Source of the DNA: the human T2T-CHM13v2.0 reference genome, Homo sapiens
NCBI RefSeq assembly: GCF_009914755.1
Contig: NC_060928.1
Strand: one strand, 5' to 3'
DNA: 64,000 nucleotides
Part shown: in pieces, positions 45,440 to 60,486 of the stretch
How the letters are laid out: every line of letters starts with the position of its first letter
How positions within the stretch are numbered: position 1 is the first letter of the stretch
The notes under the pieces: generated by a model
The model's database searches: none
The model's input: only the letters and a program-made list of their open reading frames with translations
What the model was told of the DNA's origin: nothing
Position numbers and translations under genes: made by a program

Positions 45440-45825
45440 TGATGTCTACACTTGATCTGGCCACCTGCTAACTCACTGACCTCATGTTCTACCAAGTTCA
45501 TCTTTGCTCGCTCCTCTCTAACCAGAGAATCCCTTCCTCAAGGCCATTACACTTGTTCTTCCTCCTACTTGAAAATACATTTTTCTCATAAAAATAACCA
45601 CTCCTAACCCCAGCCCTTTCAGTTTTAATTTTTCCATATCTTTTATTACCATCAGACATCACATATATTTACTTTTTTTTTTTTACTGTCTCCCCCTACT
45701 AAAATGTAAGCTCCATAAAAATAGAAAGTTGCCTATATTTTTCACTGCTGCAAACTCAGTGCTTAGAAAAAAATGACTGGCTCAGAGGAGTGACTCAGTA
45801 TTTCTTTAGTGAAGGAATAAATAAA
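45440..45825 (+). mobile_element. L2 3' region
   Basis: ctcaaggccattacacttgttcttcc...ctactaaaatgtaagctccat...cagtgcttagaa. Confidence 0.7.
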
Positions 45826-45829
45826 ATTT

Positions 45830-48690
<2,861 letters not shown>

Positions 48691-48694
48691 CAAA

Positions 48695-49456
48695 TGAAGG
48701 CAGATTTAGGATGTTGCTAGTGAACCTTTAGTTCTGGGAAGTTTCAATTACATATGCCACTTTCCAGGGAGGAAGTTTTCATTCTGAGTATTAACTCCAG
48801 GTTGTATATAAAATCTTTAGTTTTAAAATGCTGAAGGGTAGGCCATATAGAGAGAAATTATTGATGATACACAAACTTGATTAGTGCAATATTTACATTT
48901 ATGTCTCTTAACAGGATAAGTAGGAAGTAAGATAAGCATGTGCTACCTTCCTGCGGGAGGACAGTCTCTTTCTGCCTGGGCAGCTGCTCCTGACTCCAGC
49001 AATGCTATGACCTCAAACCAGCAATGCAAGAGTTTCTTTCTCCTCAATCCCTGTGTGTGTTGGGCATGCACCTCTATCAACACTATAACAAGAAAGCTCA
49101 CATATGAAGTAGTAAGGTTAATGCATACAGTTATCAATAATTGAAAACAAATTTAGTTCATCCATGCTAGAGGGAAAACATTTTTTTCTAATCCCACCAT
49201 AGGAATTAATATTTAAGAATGTCACAGGAAGAGGTAATCAAAGGCTATGTGGTCACAAATATACAGAAAAATGTATTACAGAGGTAGGTTTGGAAACTTT
49301 AAAATATTAGATTTTGCTTGTATATTTTTGATGCTTGTGGCATTTATCACCTATTTACATTTTTAAATGTGTTATGATTTCTTATTCTAAACAAATATTC
49401 TTGCATCTCATTTTATTTTTGTAATTGTGTACTTTTTTTCTTAAATAAGGGCCCCA
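48695..49456 (+). mobile_element. Arthur1-like hAT-Tip100 non-autonomous element
   Basis: Start ggcagattta...gctagtgaa; hAT C-terminal remnant tatcaataattgaaaacaaattta...ccatgctagagg; end ttttcttaaataagggcccc. Confidence 0.55.
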
Positions 49457-50109
49457 GGGCATACATACATAAAACATAGTTATATTATTTTTAAATACAT
49501 GACATGACATACACAGGAAAGACATACAATAACTTTAAGATACTGGTTACTGGTGGGGAGGAAAGGAAACAGAAGAAGGTAGGGATTTAGCTGTATCTGT
49601 AACATTTTCCTTCCTATTTTTAAAGATAGATTTAATGAACGTATGGCAAAATGTTAACATCTGTTTAATCTCAGTGGTGAGTACACAGATGTCTGTATTT
49701 TTAATTCTTCTTCTACATATTTGAAATTATATGAAATTTTATATAATAATTTTTTCAAAAAATCATGCTACTAGTAGAAAATTACTTATGTGAATATCTC
49801 CAGCTACTACGTACAACTAAATAGTGACATATTGATAAGGTAATCTTATTATGGGTCATTTATCCTAAGGTAAAAATAAAAGGAACATTTTACATGCATA
49901 AAATATTTGCCATTTCAATGATTATAACTTTAAACATCTAATATCAACCAGGCAATGTGCTAAGCTCTGAAAGCATTTGCTGATTTTTATATTTCTTTTG
50001 CTTCTAAATGTCATGTGCTCATATTTACATTATTGATGTTTTGAAAAAAAAAATCCTTAGAATGTGACAGGTTGAATTTAGGATGCAATGGGCTGCACAT
50101 CACATCTCT

Positions 50110-50410
50110 CTAACTATCTAACAAATATCTACTGAGATTCTATCATGCTCTAATGCTAGTTCTGGGTACAATGACCTGGTCTCAGATTTTACAGAGCTTA
50201 TAGTTTATTGTAGAAGACAGACAACAAGCAAAACAGAATGTGAGCCAATATTGATTATACACTATGATAAATGATAAATATCCTAAAGGAAGGAGGAGCA
50301 TGTTGCTGGAGTAAGGTAATCCATGGGGTCAGGAGACAACTTCAGGAATGTCTCTCTTAGGAGATGACATTTTAGCAAACTCAAAGGCTGACAAAGAGCA
50401 AGTATTCAAT
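50110..50410 (-). mobile_element. L2 fragment
   Basis: aacaaatatctactgag...agagcttatagtttattgtagaagacagaca...gtcaggagacaacttc. Confidence 0.55.
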
Positions 50411-50649
50411 CAAATGCTCAATAATGAAAATAATGTATCAACATGATCCTAAAGATTTGAAGCAGAAAAATTTGGGGGTGTAAATACCACTGGCCAAACC
50501 AAGGAGGTCAATTATAAAAGCTATTGTGAAGGGTCAGGAGAAATTACAAATTTAATTATTAGTATATTGATTTTGAGATGTTACTGGAAAATCAATCCTT
50601 GGAAACAACCTCAGGTTTGAAATGGTATAATCAGCCAATGAAAATCATA

Positions 50650-51100
50650 CATAAGTTAAAATACATGAAATGGACCCACATACATAAAAATAGAAAAATA
50701 TTAGTAATATAACACTGATTGAAATAACTAGTGAAATGTGTGTGATTTATGCAATATGAAACCATGTATGTAAAGCATAAAAATACAAAAAACTACTACA
50801 TATTGGTATGAGTTCATAAATACATAGAGTTATATCATAAAAATATACATGGGACATATATACAAAGCACTATAAGACTTTGGGTACCTCTGAGTTAGGA
50901 TTAAAAGGAATGAGATTGTGGAGGGATTTAGATATACCTGTAATATTTTAGTCAAAAAACAAGATTGGAAGCAAACATACAAAAATGTCAACATTTGATC
51001 TATTGTGCATTGACTACTCAAAGAACTGTTATAATACTTTTCACATTGTTTCTATGTACTTGAAATATTTTATAATTTTGAAGAGTAATAAATAAAATGA
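50650..51100 (+). mobile_element. L1ME-type 3' UTR
   Basis: ggaagcaaacatacaaaaatgtcaacatttg...tttctatgtacttgaaatattttataa. Confidence 0.5.
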
Positions 51101-51152
51101 AAACAAAACAAGTGAAGCAATAGCACGACACTATATTTTACATTTAATTTCT

Positions 51153-52251
51153 TTTTTTTTTTGCTAAAGAGTAAAGAACTTTATTCAATAAATGTTAACC
51201 AATATAGAATTTTTTCTCCATAGAAGATAAGCTGCATATTGCTTGACTTTTATAACAGTATTTATAACATTAGTTTATCATTGCAGGCAAAATTTCTTTT
51301 TAAAAAATGTATAGAAAAAATATATAAAATTTACCCTTAACAATTTTTAAGTGTACAGTTCAGTAGTGTTAACTATGCTCACATTGCTGCGTAACACATC
51401 TCTAGAACAGGCAAGATTTCTTTTTTTTTTTAATTTTATTATTATTATACTTTAAGTTTTAGGGTACATGTGTACAACGTGCAGGTTTCTTACATATGTA
51501 TACATGTGCCATGTTGGTGTGCTGCACCCATTAATTCGTCATTTAGCATTAGGTATATCTCCTAATGCTATCCCCACCCCCACCCCACAACAGTCCCCAG
51601 TGTGTGATGTTCCCCTTCCTGTGTCCATGTGTTCTCATTGTTCAGTTCCTACCTATGAGTGAGAACATGAGGTGTTTAACAACCCCATCAAAAAGTGGGT
51701 GAAGGATATGAACAGACACTTCTCAAAAGAAGACATTTATGCAGACAAAAAACACATGAAAAAATGCTCATCATCACTGGTCATCAGAGAAATGCAAATC
51801 AAAACCACAATGATACCATCTCACACCAGTTAGAATGGCAATCATTAAAAGGTCAGGAAACAACAGGTGCTGGAGAGGATGTGGAGAAATAAGAACACTT
51901 TTGCACTGTTGGTGGGACTGTAAACTAGTTCAACCATTGTGGAAGTCAGTGTGGTGATTCCTCAGGGATCTAGAACTAGAAATACCATTTGACCCAGCCA
52001 TCCCATTACTGGGTATATAACTAAAGGATTATAAATCATGCTGCTATAAAGACACATGCACACGTATGTTTATAGCGGCACTATTCACAATAGCAAAGAC
52101 TTGGAACCAACCTAAATGTCCAACAACGATAGACTGGATTAAGAAAATGTGGCACATATACACCATGGAATACTATGCAGCTATAACAAACGATGAGTTC
52201 ATGTCCTTTGTAGGGACATGGATGAAACTGGAAACCATCATTCTCAGCAAA
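51153..52251 (-). mobile_element. L1PA4-like insertion with 5' inversion and 3' transduction
   Basis: Perfect 16-bp TSD tttacatttaatttct (51137-51152, 52252-52267); two poly(T) tracts; antisense L1 3' end 51421-51677; inverted ORF2 piece 51678-52251. Confidence 0.92.
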
Positions 52252-52318
52252 TTTACATTTAATTTCTAGCAGCCAGGCAAGGATGTAACTAACTCTATGT
52301 CTCAGGTTTGAGAACGAC

Positions 52319-52880
52319 TGTTATCTATCAGGATTCAGTTGCAGATAACAGGAAGAAACCTAGGTATTTTAAGCAGAATAGCATTTAATGAAGGGAATTA
52401 AAGTCTTACAAAAATCACTGGAAGGCAAGGAGGCTAGCCCTCTCTGAATGAGGCTCAAAACAAAACTACAAATCTAGCCTACCAGGAGAGCTGCTACCCC
52501 TACTTCAGCAGAGAAGATGAGGAAGTGGGAGCTTACTCCCAGGAACTAGTAGGTCCTCAAATGCCTTGGCTTCCATCCAGGAATCACGAAGTCAATACTT
52601 CAATACCACACTCTGCCTCTCAATTTACAAACCTGATGACTGTTCACTGAAATTTCTGCTAACTTAGCTGCAGAAAATCTCAGAGTTTTCTTAACCATGT
52701 TTTGCAGCAGTCACAGCAGCAGTTGCAGAAATATGACTCTTGCTTCCTTTAACATTCCAATCTAACTGGGCAAACCACATCATATCAAGAATCCTGAAAG
52801 TAAAAAGGTCTTGGAAATGCAGACTTAAGTTTCTAAACCTCAACCGTGTAGAGGCAAGCACAGAAGAAAAAAAGTGGAAT
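52319..52880 (-). mobile_element. Ancient LTR (LTR78/LTR79/old MLT1-like)
   Basis: caggattcagttgcagataacag...taagcagaatagcatttaatgaagggaatta...gtcttggaaatgcag; family uncertain. Confidence 0.45.
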
Positions 52881-53680
52881 GGCACCTTAGTCTCCTCAAT
52901 GGGAGCCTCCAAGCTCTTTATTTTGCCCTATAGAAACACCAGGGAGATTTTGCCATTTTCTAGTAGGGTCAATCCAGAAGCCAGTAACAGGCTAAACAAG
53001 GGGTAATATCTGGAGTATCCAGAAAGAAGCACGTATTCCTTCCAAACTCAAATGTCAGCAATAAGACCAGGTGGCTGCAGAATAGAGAGCAGCTGCTGGT
53101 CAGTGTTGGTTGTTGGCCAGGCAAATACAAAGTATCTTCGAAATAACAAAACAGATTTGTTGCTATCCTCATTAGAAAATTCCATTTGGAGGTCTAGCAG
53201 CTGCCTGTGGTGATAAGTAACCTCAAAATTGTTTTCTTTTAAAATGTATAATAAGCTGAATTTATATAATCAACCTAAAAGATTTTCACTTGTTTGGTTT
53301 GGGCACTGAATTTTAGTTATCTAGAGGTCTTATTTTCTGGCTCATTTCTTTTGTCATTTCATTTTCACTTTATCTCCTTGTAACATTCCTGAATGCAAGA
53401 GAACATTATTCTATACTTGTCATTAAACAATGTCAGCTAATACTTCAAGTCACTTCATAAAAAGAGAGCCAAACAAAAATCACGCCCTTCAAATTCCTGC
53501 ATGAAAAAAGAAAGAGGGAAACGTAGGCGATACTCATTTCTGTAAGCAATAATAGAGTCAGGAAATTCTTCTTCCGTGGTAAATATTAATTAGCAAATTA
53601 TGTATTACTGGAACGATGAATCCTATGAGACCATGGACTGTATCATCCACCAGTCCTGTAAAGTAGCTAGAATAAAACTC

Positions 53681-54200
53681 TATGGTGCAACCATTGCAAA
53701 ATGGCCCTCATTTTTCACCCTCCTCTATATCTGTTTTCTTCCCCACATAACTTTGTAGTGTCCTTTTACTATGACTTTAACTTTGGCCACGTAGCTTGCT
53801 TTGGTTAGTAGGAAATCAGCAAATGTGACCAAAATGAGGTTTGAAAGATGCTTTCCCAATTGGGCTTGGCTTCTTTTGCATCTATGCCATTGTTGAACAT
53901 GCCAGGGCTAGACTGCTAGACAATAAAAGATACATGGAGTTGTGCTGGCTCACTGAAGTCCTTTCTGCCAAGGCCATCATAGATCAGCTAACAACGAGAC
54001 GATTTTTAATATATATTTGTGTCTGTGAGTCCATATAATAATAGTAAAGCTGTTCAGATGACCTGCAGCTGATGCAGACTCATGAGTGAGTCTGGCCCAA
54101 ATTAGCTAAACCTTACAGCCACGTGAGTTTAAGTGTCACTTCTCATATGCCACCAAGTGGTCTGTTGTATACATTTACATGGCAATAGATAACCAATATA
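53681..54200 (+). mobile_element. MLT1H/MLT1G-like MaLR LTR
   Basis: aaaatggccctca...cttgctttgg...cagcaaatgtgac...catgccagggctagactgct...ggcaatagataaccaatata. Confidence 0.75.
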
Positions 54201-54865
54201 GCAACCAATGAGAATTACATGATGTTGAATTGATGATGATATGTGAACATACAAGATATCTAAATTTTAATTATAAATTATTAAACTGACTTAAGTATAC
54301 CAAGAAATCATATCTGAGTTGATCTTACAATGTGCTTTGAACCACAAGCTATACAAAAGGTACAAGGTATTTGATTGTTGAATTGTTTTATTTTCTTGCA
54401 TTTTAAAACAATTCTATCATTGGACGTAGTCATGGTCACACTCTCCAAAGTTCTGATGTTTGAGAAGAGCAGCTCAATATATTAACAACTAATTTTGAAC
54501 AAATGCTTTGAATTTCTATATCCTTTTAGGCAACTATATATTTACCATCATTCTTCTTAAAATGGAGGTAATGTAAAGATTTTTGTGTGGGGAAAACCCA
54601 GGTTGCGTTGCTATTTTTACTTTTGAAGCAGCAGAATAAAATCTAGGCAAATTGTTTGGGTACAGCTTACTTTCAGTTTTCTTCCATTTCACGTCTCTCT
54701 GTACCATACTTCTTATTTGTTCACCAAGGAAAACAATTTAGTAGTACCTGGCAAAGAAGACTTCCATTCTCTGTGTCTGTCCCCTTTTCTTGACCACCAT
54801 AAAAATTTATTAGTTTTGTGCCTTTATGGTTGTTCTTTGACTTTTAAAGTTTGTCTATGTGTAGA

Positions 54866-55192
54866 ATTTTGTTTTGTATTGTTTTGTTTTTACTATACTT
54901 TAAGTTCGGGTATACATGTGCAGAATGGGCAGGTTTGTTACATAGGTATACACGTGCCATGGTGGTTTGCTGCACCCATCAACCCGTCATCTACATTAGG
55001 TATTTTTCCTAATGCTATCCCTCCCCTAGTTCCCCACCCGCTGACAGGCCCTGGTGTATGATATTCCCCTCCTTGCATCCATGTGTTCTCATTGTTCAAC
55101 TCCCACTTATGAGTGAGAACATGTGGTGTTTGGTCTTCTGTTCCTGTGTTAGTTTGCTGAGAATGATGGTTTCCAGCTTTATCCATGTCCCT
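54866..55192 (-). mobile_element. Short 5'-truncated L1PA7-like 3' end
   Basis: tactttaagttc...cataggtatacacgtgccatggtggtttgctgcacccatcaacccgtcatctacattagg. Confidence 0.88.
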
Positions 55193-57447
55193 AAAACTCC
55201 AAGTATTCTGAAGCATTTTTCATATTAACAAATTGTTTCATTTAAAAAAATTGAAGATATTTATCAAAAAGCATGAAATGAAAATAACATGATGGTGAAA
55301 TAATCAGAGGGAAAAGATAATAACAGAAAAATCATGAAATTAATTCAAAGTGTGCTATGCACAGAATGGCAAGCCATTGAGCTATGCTTAATAATTCAAA
55401 GTTGGCAAGAAATTTGACTTTAATGGTACCAATTGCCAAAGCAAGAGAGAACTATGCTTTATAAGACTAGCATGTCCCTTAAAACAAACAGACAAAATGT
55501 TAGTTATTCAGTATAATTAAACTTACTAGAAATGGTCTGAGACAAAAATCTTCTGTGTACCATTATTTAAGTAAGTGACCTCAACTATATCCCTACAATA
55601 GAAATTACAGTAAGACTTTTTTTTACATGAATGCCAAAGTAAAAGCAATAATTTATAGGGTGAAAAAATGTAGTCAAATTGTGCAGCTTTCTGGCTTTAA
55701 GAGTTATCCAGAAACTAAACTTGAGATTTCCTAGAGAGATGCATGAATTGTTTATCCTTCAGGCAATCCTTTATAAATATAACTTCTCATAATCTAACTT
55801 TTGTTCCACATTGGCTCATAAACATTTTGAGGTTGTATTCTCAGATGCTGAAGTAATTTTCACTGATAAGAAATTGCAATGTCAGTCATCGCACTGAAAA
55901 ATGGCACTGTCTATTCCTTAATTTTTAATGAGCTTGTGGAAGTAACCTCCTAGTATAGGATAAAACTCACACAATTTGAAATGTTTCTGGAAAGAGGAAA
56001 ATCTTTTGCCATACATGCAGAGTGCATAAAATCTCATGTATTCCATGTTAACTTTAATGACATTAATCAGGATTAGTTGGTATATTTTCCAGGGCCTTTT
56101 GGAGAACTGTTTATTTCTTGACTTTTCATGATTTGTGAGGTTTGTCTTTAATTAAAGGTAAGAAGTTTTTTTAGGGTACATTTTTCTTAATTTGCTATTT
56201 ATTTTTAGGGTTGTAGGCAAACATTTTCTTAGGGGAAAATCTTTAATGTCTATGAAATATGACAAACCAGCATTTGACTGAGAATGTAAGGTTAAAAAAT
56301 ATTAGGTCTATATAGAATTATACTTGGCAGTATAATAGAGCTATTCCTATTGACTTAGATTGCTGATGTAAGAAAAACATTTCCTGTCTTGAGTCAATGT
56401 ATATGATGGGTGAGACTATACTGGAGAAACATTTCTTTAAGATGAGTTATTTCATTTTGACATATTTGCAATAATTTATATAGCATACACTTAGCATGTA
56501 GTGCATCTGTGTAATTATGTTCTCTACACTGTGTTTAGTTCCAAGTCAGGTATTAAGATTTTTAAATTTTTTTAACTTGAACTCATCTCTAAAACATACT
56601 AGCTCTTCAAAACCATTAATTGGATTTATCTCAGGAAAGAGAGGGTGATTTAACATGGAAAAAATTAATCAGTAAAATTCACTACATTTGAAACTTTAAA
56701 AATACAATTCATATCACCTTAATAGATACAGAAAGAACATTTGAGAAAATGTAATATCCACTCCTAATAAAATGTATAGCAAAAAAAGAATAAAAATTTT
56801 CTTAACCTGATAAAGGGCATTTATGAAATATCATACTTACAGTAAAAGACTTAATGCTTTCCTTCTTGTATGAGGAACAAAACAAGAATGTTTTCTCCTA
56901 TCTCTTCTATTTGACATTATAGTAGTGGTTCCAGCAAGCACAATATGACAAGAAAAATAATTGAAAGACATACAGATTTTACAAGAAGAAGAAAAAATTC
57001 TTTCATATAAAACATTGTCATCTAGGTAAAAATATCAGGGAATTTACAAAAAATATACTAGAACTAATAAATAAATTTTGCAAAGTTACTGGATAGAAGG
57101 TAAGTATAAAAATGTTATTTTTCTATACAATTTCCAAAATTTAAATTACTTGTGTGTAATTACAATGAATACACATAAAATATAAGAAAATATAATGTAA
57201 TATATATACAAACAAATGTACCCAAGAAAACTTGGATAAAAAAGACTAATAAGGGGGTGCTTATCTTATCTATCATCACAATATACTTTAAAACTATTAT
57301 ATTCAAATCAATGTTCCTGACATAAGAACTTAAAAATAGATCTGTCAAAAAGAATAGATAATATGTAAAAATATTACAAAGGTCAGTAAATTAAAAGGAA
57401 ATAAGTTATAGTCATCTTTGCCACAAAAAAAAAAAAATATTCTAGAC

Positions 57448-58358
57448 ATGCACTTTCCCACACAGTAACCAGTAGCCATGTATGCATATTGGTTAACTAA
57501 ATTACAATAGCCATATGAGGCTATTGAGGAAAAGCAAATTGAGATGTGTTTTCTAAAATGCAAATGACATTTTAAATGCTCAGTTTGAAAAAAATGATAC
57601 ATACCATTTGACCCAGCCATCCCATTACTGGGTATATACCCAAAGGACTATAAAATCATGCTGCTATAAATACACATGCACACATATGTTTATTGTGGCA
57701 CTATTCACTATAGCAAAGACTTGGAACCAACCCAAATGTCCAACAATGATAGACTGGATTAAGAAAATGTGGCACATATACACCATGGAATACTATGCAG
57801 CCATAAAAAATGATGAGCTCATGTTCTTTGTAGGGACATGGATGAAATTGGAAATCATCATTCTCAGTAAACTATCGCAACAACAAAAAAACAAACACCG
57901 CATGTTCTCACTCATAGGTGAGAATTGAACAATGAGAACACATGGACACAGGAAGGGGAACATCACACTCTGGGGACTGTTGCAGGGTGAGGGGAGGGGG
58001 GAGGGATAGCATTAGGAGATATACCTAATGCTAAATGACAAGTTAATGGGTGCAGCACACCAGCATGGCACATGTATACATATGTAACTAACCTGCACAT
58101 TGTGCACATGTACCCTAAAACTTAAAGTATAATAATTATAAAATAAAAAAAAGAAAAAAATGATACATACCTAATTTATAATTTTTATAAGGACTGTGTT
58201 GGAAACAATAACATTTCAAATATGTTAGGCTTATAAAATATATTATTGAATTTAATTTTATTAGTTTCTTTTTACATTAAAAAATACATTTGACATGAAA
58301 TTTAAAATTTCATATATGGTTCACATTTGTGGCTAGCATTACGTTTCAGACATTGCTG
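57448..58358 (-). mobile_element. MER33 (hAT-Charlie MITE) split by L1PA2/3
   Basis: tagccatatgaggctattgag...attgagatgtgtt; 8-bp hAT-type TSD ttctagac/gtctagag. Confidence 0.75.
57606..58152 (+). mobile_element. 5'-truncated L1PA2/L1PA3
   Basis: Near-consensus young L1 3' end (ccagcatggcacatgtatacatatgtaactaacctgcacattgtg); TSD gaaaaaaatgatacatacc at 57587-57605 and 58153-58171. Confidence 0.93.
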
Positions 58359-59689
58359 GTCTAGAGAAGATAAAACAATAACAAAGTTAGCAAGAAAATC
58401 TAAGGTCCTGATAATATATTCTAGAAACAGGAAATTTCTGTGATTAAGTAAAAAGTCAGAAAGTATAAATTAGATTTTTTAGAAAAAAATATTAAGTTAT
58501 ACAAAAAAGGTACTTATCAAATGTATTAAATACAAATAAATTTTGTGGAAAATTCTCTCTTGCAGAGTGAATAGTCATAAAGGTGATATTAATTCTGAAG
58601 CTGGGGGAAAAATCCCTATAGATAAATGAGCAAAGATTTTTAAAAACAAATTCAAAGATGAGAAAATTCCAGTGGCCAATAAATACATACTAGGCTGTCC
58701 CAACCCCCTACTAATGTACTATAAATTAAAGTAACAACAATATACCATTTCTAAAGTATCAGATTTTAAAAATTGTTTGGTAGTACATGTTGTTGTAAGA
58801 ATAATGATGTATGTGAGAAACAGAATGATAGGCAATTTCATATATCCCTGGTGGAAATGTGAATTGTCACAACATTTTTGGTAAGATAATTGCACGGTGA
58901 CAGAATTAATACAGGTGAATAAGAATATTCATATAAATATATCTATTAAAGCATCATTTCAATGTATTTATTACCAATGAACTGTACACTTAAACCTGGT
59001 AAGGCTGATAAATTATATAGATGCACGTTTTACCTCAATAAAAAATAGGAGGGAAAAAAGCATAGTTCATAATTCCATAAAACTAGAAACAAAGTGAATA
59101 TACATTAACAATTAAATAATTGAATCAACTATAGTCTATGAAAACTATGACATGCATTAAATATAGAGTTGTGAAAATTACATTTCAGGGATTTTAATAA
59201 GATGTAAGTATTGCCAATTGAGAACAGTAAGTTAAGGAAAAGTGAGTATAATATGACACTTTTATAAAAAACACAATTGTTTTAAAAAGACTATCTCTTA
59301 CATATATGTATATATTGATGTGTACATACACATGTATATTATATGTATATATTTATGTGTATATACACATTCTTACATGAGCATGAAGAAAAACATGAAA
59401 GGATACATATTGAGTTGTAACATAGGTTGCCTGGTGTGAAAAAAGTATGACAAAGGACGAGACTGCAGTACTGAACCAGGAAAAAAATATGAAAAAGTCT
59501 TCATACACAAGGCACAAAAAAAGAAAAATTTATATGATCACATTCAAAATGCATTTATATAAAATTGCATGTGCAGATAAAATAAAATTTTAAAAGTTAA
59601 TTAATGCAACACAAACATGCTGATGACATTTAACAGTTTGATTCTGATTATTTTTCATTTTTTACTTAGCTTGTTGGTTTGATTGCCAA

Positions 59690-59910
59690 TAGAGTGTTGT
59701 GTATAATTCAGAAAGACCTGGGTTTCAGACCAACTTCTCCAACTATAAACTGTGGGATAATAGTCAATTTACTATTGTACTTAATGCAAATTCCTTGTTA
59801 ATAAATGGAGCAACAACAAATAAGTAAAAAAGGATGTTACAATAACTAAATGAAATAATGTGTTTTAAAAGTCTCATACACAGGCATTCAATGCAGATAA
59901 TTAGCTGTAT
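59690..59910 (+). mobile_element. MIR, diverged
   Basis: tcagaaagacctgggtttcaga...ctaaatgaaataatgtgt. Confidence 0.55.
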
Positions 59911-59917
59911 TGGCTGT

Positions 59918-59982
59918 AATTATCATCAACATTGGGATCACTGCCATTATCACCACCACCATTGCAACCATTATTATCATTG
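59918..59982 (+). repeat. Degenerate (CAT/CAC/TAT)n low-complexity tract
   Basis: tatcatcaacat...cattatcaccaccaccattgcaaccattattatcat. Confidence 0.7.
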
Positions 59983-60486
59983 CTTTAAACCGCATTGTAT
60001 AAGGGCAGACACTCCCTTAGTAAGGTATCCAGTAAGTGCATGACTGCATTCAGAGAGCCCATAATTTGTCTTTTAAATAGCTTATGCCATCTAGAGCTTT
60101 TAGCATTCTCCCTGGCCCTCTGTGATAGGAGAAAAAAAATACCAATTGCTAAGCTACTATTTCAAAATCACATATTATATTAAAAAACAAAATCTACCTA
60201 TGTAAAAATGAAATTAAATTGTTGATTGTTAAGGATTAAAGGGGAAAATTGTTTAGCAGATAATGCCACCATAAAAATATATTCTTTATATCTTTTGTGT
60301 GTTTGTTTGTGTTACCTAGAAGTAAGATTGTATACATTATTCTACGGAGTAAAAACCTCTTTTTCTAACTATCCTTCTCTAAAAATGTCTGTTCACTCAT
60401 TAATTTATTCATCCAAACCATCTCTTGAGTGTCAATCTATGTGAAGAAAACACCATAGATAAGAAGGCATGGTAGGAGTAATAACA

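Larger units (their letters stand above)
56600..59290 (+). mobile_element. Diverged L1ME-type ORF2/3' UTR host (split by MER33)
   Basis: taatagatacagaaagaacatttgagaaaat...cttaacctgataaagggcatttatgaaa...ctagaactaataaataaatttt. Confidence 0.65.

Noticed and set aside
59858-60043. His/Cys-rich peptide (HCHYHHHHCNHYYHC) as a metal-binding microprotein
   Set aside because: Translation of a degenerate (CAT/CAC)n tract following a MIR; no promoter or splice support.
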